A stretch of DNA of 61,917 nucleotides, the filler included, from Globobulimina sp. (taxonomy: Eukaryota), in NCBI GenBank assembly GCA_003354225.1. It is 13 parts of 13 records of this genome, joined end to end, with 100 filler letters (N's around TTAATTAATTAA, not from the genome) between each part and the next. Parts side by side here need not be neighbours in the genome. Positions count along the whole stretch, not along the records: positions 52,488 to 57,152 come from PIVH01001019.1; positions 57,253 to 61,917 come from PIVH01001020.1; 11 more parts are not named here. The stretch is one strand, 5' to 3'. Position 1 is the first letter of the stretch; every line of letters starts with the position of its first letter. The notes under the pieces are model-generated. The model saw only the letters and a program-made list of their open reading frames with translations. It had not been told where the DNA came from and made no database searches. Both the position numbers and the translations under genes were made by a program. Positions 53,474 to 61,917 of this stretch are shown in pieces.

Positions 53474-53858
53474 ACTGCTCACAAAGTTTTAGTTTTCACA
53501 CTTGTGACTGCAGTGTGGTTTTGTGTTCGTTTATGGGAAATAGTCAAAAGAATTGGACATAGAAAATCCAGAGGGAAATAGAAATTATGCAAATTAAAAG
53601 AATGAAAACGAAAATACATAGTTTACTTATCAAATAATTTATACTTAGCCCAGTTTTATGGGAGGAATGCAATATATTTTTTATTTTTCATAGCCAGTAC
53701 ATTAAATCTAATAATACTTCTTTCAGTAATGTGCTACCAAATAATCTAAACTTTGATTGTTCGACCTCTTTAAGATTAGAAAATTTTTTAGTTGAAAATC
53801 GAATAATTTTAGATGCTGAATAATTTTTTAGTTGAAAATCGAAAACTTCACATGTCCA

Positions 53859-55713
53859 ATGGCTCTGGAATATGAGAGCAGAATTCAATCAAAACCATTT
53901 TTAACTAAAAGCAATAATGATGAAAAGAAGCTGGAATATTCATCTGCATTTCCAAACTCATCATCTTATTGCGGTTATTTAGATACGCACAAAGGCACAA
54001 GTGTGCTTTGGAAGAGGCAGTACTTTATGGTGAGTAATAACTATTTGTTATCAGCAGAAACTCATTTGTCTCTAAAATTGAAGGAAATATTATATTTGGA
54101 CAGTTGCCAGCTGACAGCCAAAACAGACACATTGTTTCAACTATTTTCAGATAATCAAACTATATATTTTCGAACACAGTCATTGGAACAATCTACAAAA
54201 TGGATGACTGCCATACAAAAAGCATCAACATTGAAAATCAAGGATGTCTACAGGTTTTTTTATATATGTACAGTATTAATTTAATTAATATCGATCCGTC
54301 CCACAGATTTCTGCATGTTTTGGGTGAATCTGGAATGACAAAAGTTGTCGCCGGCAAACATAAGCTAACAAATCAAGAGAGCGCCATTAAAATCGTTGAT
54401 AAAAGAATTTGTAATAACAAATCATTGAAAACAGAAATTCAAATTTTAAGGTACAATTTCTATTAATCGATAACTGCATTAATGTACAAACGAAGTTGAA
54501 GTTGAAGTAATATCAAAATAATAAAATGTAACATTGACCAGCTGTGTCGACATATACTTCCGCTTCGTCTTTTTTTATGCAGTTAATTATCATATTAACA
54601 TTGTACACTTTCATAAGGAAATTGGATAATGACTATATAGTCAAATTGCATGACATAATTGAAACAAAGAAATACGTCTATATTATAATGGAAAAATGTG
54701 AAGGTGGCGAGTTATTTGATAAAATCATTGAATTGGATGCCATAAACGAGTACGATTGCTGTTTAATTATGCATCAAATCGCCCGCGGTGTTAAATACAT
54801 GCATAGCGTGGGAATCATCCATCGAGACTTAAAACCAGAGAACATTTTATGCGTTGAACCTGATACAATCCGAAAAGTGAAAATCGCTGACTTTGGAATA
54901 TCGCAACTATTCCACGAAACAGACCACGAAGATCAATATCTGCGGACTATGTGCAGTGTTTGTTACACCTCACCAGAGATATTAGCAAATAAAAAATATG
55001 ACTATACCGCTGATTACTGGTCCATTGGCATCATTTTATATATTTTATTATGTGGTTATCCCCCTTTTTATGATCAGGAAAACCACAATGATGAAAAAGT
55101 AATACATTCCATAATAAATGACGAGTTGCTGTTTGATGAAGAAGATTGGCAGCATATTTCTGCAGAAACTAAGGATTTATTAAAAGGTTTATTGTGTAAA
55201 GACCCACAGCAAAGGAAAACATGTGACGATATATTGAAGTTAGTTTGGAAGGTTACAAATTCGACAGCGTCCTTTGAAAAAGCAAGGGAGAATTTTATAA
55301 CGTTTAATTTTAAAAATAATTTCTCGCAGCAACGCATGCGGCGGTCCAACAGCGAAGCGCTGAGTTATGATATTATGGTTGATGTTGCTTTCGAGATCAA
55401 TAAAATGAAAATCAATGTTGGCATGAAAAAAAGAGACAGTCTGTCGATGGGAAATACGCCGTGTGCATACAATTGGGACTCTGCAGAAACGTTTGTGTCT
55501 CAAGAATATGAACAAGAGTTTGAGTGTGAATATTTTCAAGACTCTGGTGGACAAATAAAAAAATGGAAATGTAATAAGTGCGATTTTATCAATTTTGAGA
55601 TGGATAGGAACTGTTTATTTTGTAGTAGGCGATGGAAATGTAATCTATGTGCATTATTTAATAGAAATGATAATAAATACTGCATTTTATGCAAGTCTCT
55701 GCGTTTCATTTAA
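53859..55713 (+). CDS. PH-domain CaMK-family kinase with two C-terminal RanBP2-type zinc fingers, 3 exons
   Basis: PH: GYL...WKRQYF...WMTAIQ. Kinase: AIK, GGELFDKI, HRDLKPEN, DFG, LLCGYPPFY. Zinc fingers: WKCNKCDFIN..CLFC and WKCNLCALFN..CILC. Confidence 0.9.
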
Positions 55714-55912
55714 AATAATATATATATATATCGTGTCAAATAGTGTATAAATTCAATACTTGCCATTCATATTAATTTTTTCGTTCATATTGATGTGAAA
55801 TTGTATAATTGATATTTTGTATTTAAAATTCGCAACTGTTTGTATACAATCGTGACTCTTTATTTACTATATTTTAAAAACTTTGAAATCCAAAATCTTC
55901 CTATAATTTATA

Positions 55913-57152
55913 ATGTCGACCACAACCGTGTTGAAAATTGCATACAATGACGACCTTCGTCGATGGAACTTAGAACCATCCACATCTAACACCACCCAAT
56001 ACCAATCATTACAAAAATTTATATCTGACTCTTTTCATCTCTATCATTTTCAACTAAAATATATTGATGACGAAGGAGACAAAATATCATTATCAAATGA
56101 GACAGATCTACAAACTGCCATCAATATGACACGCAAAACCGATACATCTTTGAAAATTTCTGTAACCAAATTAGAAACACCCGACGCAGCAACAAACACT
56201 GTCAACACAAATCAAAAAATATCTCTCCGAATTGAGCCGACAGATTACACAAAAAGCTCTCATTTTGGCTGGGAAGAAGCAGAGCTTTTAGGTTTTATGG
56301 ATGATGAAACATTCCGTTTAGAATTACAATTCGAACAAGAAAAAGTCGCATCATCTGAAACCTGCATCCATTTAACCGGAATGTTTGCCTTTTTTTTCGT
56401 GCCGTTTTTTATTACATTGCCATTTTTGTATTGTCTTAAACGGTCCAAACGAATTCAACAGGATTTGAGCAAAGTTATTTGACATTCTCTATTTCTGAAT
56501 TTCTGAATTCTGATTAATTTAATATACAAATACCAATACAGACTGTACTTACAAATGAGAGGTTGATTACGAAGAATGTAGAAAATGATATTTGCGCATT
56601 TTGCTGCGATTGCACACAAACGCAAAGAATTTATCATCAGAGCATACCGTGGGATAAGCTGCGAGTGACAGATATTAAGGTAACAGCAGACTGTGTCGAA
56701 AAATGTTTTAAGATAAAAACGTTAAAGATTCATAATAAAGACAGGGAGCGCCCTGCCTGGATTAGCATTGTTGGGTTGAAGGATCCTGAGGGAATTAGAA
56801 AATTGCTGTTTCGGTTAAGGGACCAACACAAAGCAAACACAGTGAGAGCTGAAGAGAAAATGAACAAAGTGCGACTCGCTATGATGCGTAGAGCCAAACG
56901 TGATAAAGCCGAACGTGATAAAAATAATAAATTGGAGATGGAGAAGAACGTGGCTGTGGTTCAAGAAATAGTAACGTATCCTCACAGTACATGGCAACCA
57001 CCGCAAGAAATTAAAATGAAGAAAAGAAAAAGTTATGAAAATGAGTATGAAAACGAAAATGAGCATGAGAATGAAAATGAGTATGGAAATGAGTATGAAA
57101 ATGATTATGAAAATCATGTTGAAGAAATAGAGGAAGAACCATATGTCGAACA
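55913..57152 (+). CDS. PB1-domain membrane protein, 2 exons, 3' partial
   Basis: LKIAYNDDLRR and OPCA motif LKYIDDEGDKISL; a TM segment; PH-like ISIVGLKDPEGIRK; ENEY/H repeats. Confidence 0.8.
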
Positions 57153-57371
57153 NNNNNNNNNNNNNNNNNNNNNNNNNNNNNNNNNNNNNNNNNNNNTTAA
57201 TTAATTAANNNNNNNNNNNNNNNNNNNNNNNNNNNNNNNNNNNNNNNNNNNNTCAAATAGTGTAGCGAAACAATCTAATTGTTTGAATTTAACACACAAA
57301 AAAAAAACAGAAAGATAAAATTTAATAAAATTACAAAATCAACACAAAAAACAAGCAAAATTACATCCGCA

Positions 57372-58760
57372 TCAAACCATAAACCGTTTACAAACCGATA
57401 GTCCCCGTTTATGAAAACGACATTCATTACCACCAACATCAAGATATGCGTCATTATTCAAGCCGGACATATTAAATCTACCAATAAACAAATGATGAAT
57501 TCCATATTGTTGGGAATCTGTTTGTTCTTTGACGCGCGTAAATTTCTCCTCATACATTTTATGACCGGTCTGCACAAAATGCGTATATGTCGCTGCAATC
57601 ACTTCCAATAAACTCATCGTATCATATCCTACACCGCCAGTTCTATCATTATTCAGTTTCTGATTATATTCGTTTAATATACTAATTGATTCATCCCATG
57701 TCTTATCAAACGTTTCTGGAACAATGCCATCCTTACCTTTATACATTAATATCCATCGATTCTGTCCATTCTCGCCAGCAATATCTTCATCAAACGGCGG
57801 ATACCTCCAAATCACACCAATTCCCGGTATAAAATTCTTGCAATAATCACCTAACACCGATGCAGTTAATCCACCGTCAACATCAATGCATTTATTACCG
57901 GGTATAAAGCACCAAATATGTGTTTCTTTTACTTTCAACGAATTATCATCAGAAAATGGACATTTTTCTTCTAAATAATCGACTAATGCGGTTGGTATAT
58001 TTTGATTCACCTCATTTTCATTTTTAATTTGAATATTAAATTCGTCCCAAATGGACGCATTTGTTCCATTAAATCCATCGCCGGCATTGCGATTTGTTAA
58101 TATATTTGTGATCATATTTACGCGTTTTGCATAGCGTAAATTTTGTAATGTCACAGTCGGCAATTCTTGTAATGCTTGGATCGTTTTTAAGGCCAATTTT
58201 TTTTCATCCTCTGAGGGTCCATCTAAACCATCCTCCGCATCTGCGTTTGCTGCTAAATATAAACGGTATGCATCGCGGATCACAGACATTAAGTGTCCAT
58301 CTTGTATTTCATACATTAATTGCACATATTCGCCGGCTTCGTCCATGTAATAGATTTCCATGCCAGTTTCAGTGAGACGAAATACAGCAATTAGCATCAT
58401 AATAATCACTTCGATGGTTACAGTAACATCATCACCCTCGGCGGCTAAAATTGTAATAAAAAATATAAATACGATCATTGTGAAAGTCATACTTATGCCT
58501 TGTAATATTTTGGAGGTGCCTGTATATTCACCCTTAGTTGCCATTAATTTATATTCTGCGAATTCATTAATAAATTCATCTGAACTCTCAATGGCCATAT
58601 ATAAGCCTGCTACTGCTACGGTTATTGATTCATAATCTGAAGGTCCGACACCTGGGTAACACAAACAAAATGATAGTAAGCCTAACACTGTCATGGCGAT
58701 TGGTGTTACTTTCTCCGAATATATTCTATAAAGATCTTTGTTGATACTTTCAATACCCAT
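57372..58760 (-). CDS. Membrane protein with a C-terminal domain resembling a family from environmental Chlamydiae
   Basis: About 4 TM helices, then CPF...KVKETH...IP, WILM, IVPETFDK, LLEVIAA...HFVQTGHKMY, FTRVKEQ; intronless. Confidence 0.65.
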   Translation of the reverse strand: MGIESINKDLYRIYSEKVTPIAMTVLGLLSFCLCYPGVGPSDYESITVAVAGLYMAIESSDEFINEFAEYKLMATKGEYTGTSKILQGISMTFTMIVFIFFITILAAEGDDVTVTIEVIIMMLIAVFRLTETGMEIYYMDEAGEYVQLMYEIQDGHLMSVIRDAYRLYLAANADAEDGLDGPSEDEKKLALKTIQALQELPTVTLQNLRYAKRVNMITNILTNRNAGDGFNGTNASIWDEFNIQIKNENEVNQNIPTALVDYLEEKCPFSDDNSLKVKETHIWCFIPGNKCIDVDGGLTASVLGDYCKNFIPGIGVIWRYPPFDEDIAGENGQNRWILMYKGKDGIVPETFDKTWDESISILNEYNQKLNNDRTGGVGYDTMSLLEVIAATYTHFVQTGHKMYEEKFTRVKEQTDSQQYGIHHLFIGRFNMSGLNNDAYLDVGGNECRFHKRGLSVCKRFMV

Positions 58761-58915
58761 CTTTAATTCAATCGAATTCAATCGACTTTATCCTTTCAAT
58801 TAATTAAAAATTTTGCTTATATCAAGGGTTCGAGGTTCGTTTCTGATGCGATTGGTACGTACATCTACACAAAAGTGTTTTTTGCTGAGCTGTCTTTAAC
58901 TATTTACGTCGCATA

Positions 58916-60039
58916 ATGTCTGCTTTACCTCCATTAATTGTCGGGTTGCCACCACCTAACCCATCAGAGGAACTTATTGAACCCAACACCAACACATTAA
59001 AAGATTACAACGCACCTAACAATACAAATGAATATCAAAGTTATCATCTCACTCATGATTTAATTACAATAATCATCGCGTGTTTATCTTTATGTGTTAA
59101 TTTACAGACAACGACCCAGCAACACCAATGTCTCTAAATGAAGAAGAAGAAGTTAATTTAGTGCAAGGATAAAAGTGCGCGCGTTTTTATACAAACTATA
59201 AACTATAAAAACTATAAAAACACGTACAGGTAAAGACTGATAGCAGTGACAATGGCGAGAATGATTTACAATTATCATTAACCTGCATGAACACAGGGCG
59301 ACTACCATTGCATGTATTTTATGAAGATTTGCAATTTGTGGAGTTATCCTCCTATGAACATGGCATACCCACTGGTTTAGAAGGTTTGAAAAGGCGCTTA
59401 ATCGAAGAGAATGGCTTAGATTTTGAAGGCATTTTCCGCTTAAGAGGCAAAGAAATAACTTTGAACGCAGCCAAACAGTCCTTAAATGCATTGGACTCCA
59501 TAATAAATGTAACTGCGTCGCCCATTGAGGTGGCCCAATTAATCAAAGCATTTTATAGGAATTTGCCATGTGATGAGCCTGGATTTATCCCCAATGCTTT
59601 GATGAATGCTCAAACGGAAACTGAGATTATCAATGGATTCAATAACTTATCTGAGCCACGCAAATCATTACTTTTGTGGACCTTTGACTTATGGATAAAA
59701 ATTGAGCAATTTAAACCGAAAAATAAAATGACTCTGCAGTCGATGAGCATTGTTTTTTCACCGAATATGGTGAGGAGTCAGGATCCAAATCCCATGGCTT
59801 TTTTGGAATTGCAGAAGAAAGTGCAAAGAGTCATTCACGATGCGTCTAAGTTGAGAAAGCAAAATAGATTAATTATAAATGATGATGGGAGTTACCAAAG
59901 TCATATGGTACCTTTTCAGATGGATCGAAGTGTAAATAATCAAAATGCGTCTGCGGATGGACCAAAGTATGCAAAATATACGCCCAGGAATACAAGCAAT
60001 GGGTTGTCGGTTTTGTTTAAAAATTGTGTTGTGTTGTAA
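58916..60039 (+). CDS. RhoGAP-domain protein, multi-exon
   Basis: EGIFRLRG (Arg finger), IKAFYRNLP, NKMTLQSMSIVFSPNM. Confidence 0.9.
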
Positions 60040-60200
60040 TTTTAAATTGTAATTGTGACTGATTTGTGAGTTTTATAATCATTTTTGTGAATGGATTTTC
60101 AACATCGTAAAAATAAAAAACCTTTACCTTTTTTTTTACCTCCACTATAAAATCACATGGAACTCGCATAGCACTTTAATTTATTTCATTTATTTATAAT

Positions 60201-61830
60201 ATGAGGGCTTCCAAAGTGAAGGAGTTGAAAGAATTGGGGTATTCTGCATTACTGAGAGGTGACCCATTATTAACAGATGTAGATAATGAAGAATCATGTA
60301 TAGACTGTGTATTGTGTGAAGACAGTGGATCAATCGGAAGTGATGCAGTGGAGAAATTATATTGGTTTGAATACCATCCATCTGTACACGCAACGGACTC
60401 CAACAAAATCTGTGATCACTGCTTATTTCCGCCACCAAGAAACATAGATTTTATAATGTGTTCGCGCGAAAAACATTTGTTTTGTTTATACTGCATTGAG
60501 TTAAAACTATTCCGCATTCAATTAGGTCGATTTGTTATGGTTTGTTATAGTTTCTACTTTCCTGCCACATACAATACACACTGTAACACAATAGGAACAA
60601 GACGATGACAGCAAATTAGATTTAGGCATCCAATGGGAACGCGATTATATCGCATACCGACAAACCGCGGTTTATGACAAATCGCGGCGTAATCGGTCCG
60701 CGACAAACCCCATGAAACAAAACGGACTCTGGTGTTACAAACAGAAAGAAGATTATTGGGCGGAGGAAAAGCAACAACCAGTGGGTACACTGCGTAGTCC
60801 CGGCTATAAAACTGCCATGGCAACCAACTCCATGATAACCAATGAAATGCAAAACCATAAAAAAAATAAAAAAAATAAAAAAAAAAAACAGAAGAAAAAA
60901 TCCAAGGACGATGACGAAGACTCAAAAGACGACGATTCGAAGGAAGAAGAAATGCAACCCATTGTGGATGAAAACGACATCGACGAACTGTATGAAGAAG
61001 AATTTAAAGTGGATACCAATGAAAAAGTGGTCTTGGAACAAAATAAAAAGAAAATCAAAGCTGTCACCATCTTACTCGATGCCTGTCAGAAAGGTACGTG
61101 CATCATACGCATAATCGCATGTACATCACCTATAAACCCATAATATTTCAGGAGGGCGGCAGCCGCCATCTGTCATTATCGAGCTCAACTACGACAAATA
61201 CGCAGTATACTGCTTCACTTTTGTAATGGGGAAGTTAGAGTTGAAGCAGCGTCCATTTTTATTCCACACCCTCGAGTTTATCGCCATGGTGGCGCCGACC
61301 ACGGTGATGCTGCAATTGATCATGCAGTACAAGAAGCAATTTCTAATGTTGCCCTATAGGCGGATCGACAGCATCTTGTTGGCCGTGATCCGCGGCAGCA
61401 AATACAGCATCGCGACCGCATTGAAAATGGCAGGCTTAGCGGGCGAATTCGCAGCCATTGATTTGTCGGCCAAGGAGGTGTTCCTCCGCGTAAAGGAGAA
61501 GTATGTCGGCATTGCCATAGAATTGCTGAAACAAATCGAGTCGCACCATTTGGCCGCAGTTTTATTAGAAACGCCCTCGGACATTGAATATATGACTCCG
61601 TTGGACTTGGCGTTTCAGTACAAATTATTTTCCTTTTTGTCGCAATCCAAAATCGAGAAAATCGCGCATCAGGTCATGGTGGACCAGTTTTTCCTAAATC
61701 CGGTGCGGACGTTCGAAGTGTCAGACATTGACAGTTGGGACGTCTTGGAATTCCTGAAAAATCCGTACAAATTTTATTTCCAGCCCTTTGGCAAGAAATT
61801 AATCCAAACCTCGCTGTTTATAGCGTATCT
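60201..61830 (+). CDS. TRP(M)-like channel N-terminal part with Cys-rich RING-like N-terminus; introns 60540-60594 and about 61095-61151; truncated at S1
   Basis: CVLC..CDHC..CSREKHLFCLYC; pre-S1-like TPLDLAFQ..FLSQ..FYFQPFGK..LFIAYL. Confidence 0.55.
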
Positions 61831-61917
61831 ATTCAGAATGGAGAATCGATACGTTTGACGAATAATCCGGCTGATGATTTTCAACCGGATTGGAGTCCAA
61901 ATGGAACGGATATTACT
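61831..61917 (+). CDS. Bacterial TolB/PD40-repeat fragment
   Basis: The alternative frame reads IQNGESIRLTNNPADDFQPDWSPNGTDIT (RLT...PxWSPxG). Confidence 0.75.
   Translation, partial: MQNGESIRLTNNPADDFQPDWSPNGTDIT

Noticed and set aside
57035-57120. GAAAATGAG-type tandem repeats
   Set aside because: Ordinary low-complexity coding repeat (ENEY/H).

Overview
The window is not one locus. It is 13 unrelated contigs of about 4.67 kb, sorted by decreasing length and joined by 100-nt N/TTAATTAATTAA linkers, so neighbourhood across a linker is meaningless. Most DNA comes from an AT-rich, gene-dense eukaryote that uses the standard code and has short GT-AG introns (about 50-170 nt). The ubiquitin variant and gene repertoire suggest a rhizarian, probably a foraminiferan (inference). 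Recognisable genes include Ran, acyl-CoA dehydrogenase, an ASCC3-type helicase, a BT1 transporter, an Mx/dynamin-like GTPase, 7TM-RGS, an XK-ankyrin protein, PH-CaMK, RhoGAP, a TRP-like channel and two ADP-ribosyltransferases. Three bacterial fragments (PilQ, ALDH, TolB-like) are joined directly onto eukaryotic genes, and one contig has a fold-back end; both are typical of whole-genome-amplification chimeras. The most unusual element is at 32653-32871: a tRNA-His(GTG)-like cloverleaf whose 148-nt insert at the canonical intron site carries two tandem copies of the U2 snRNA 5' stem. Also notable are a circular-mapping 4.55-kb contig encoding a Ub-Ubl-Ubl-ART-receiver polyprotein, a PARP-like/vWA protein, and a membrane protein whose C-terminal domain resembles a chlamydial family. 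All family assignments come from motif recognition, not database searches.
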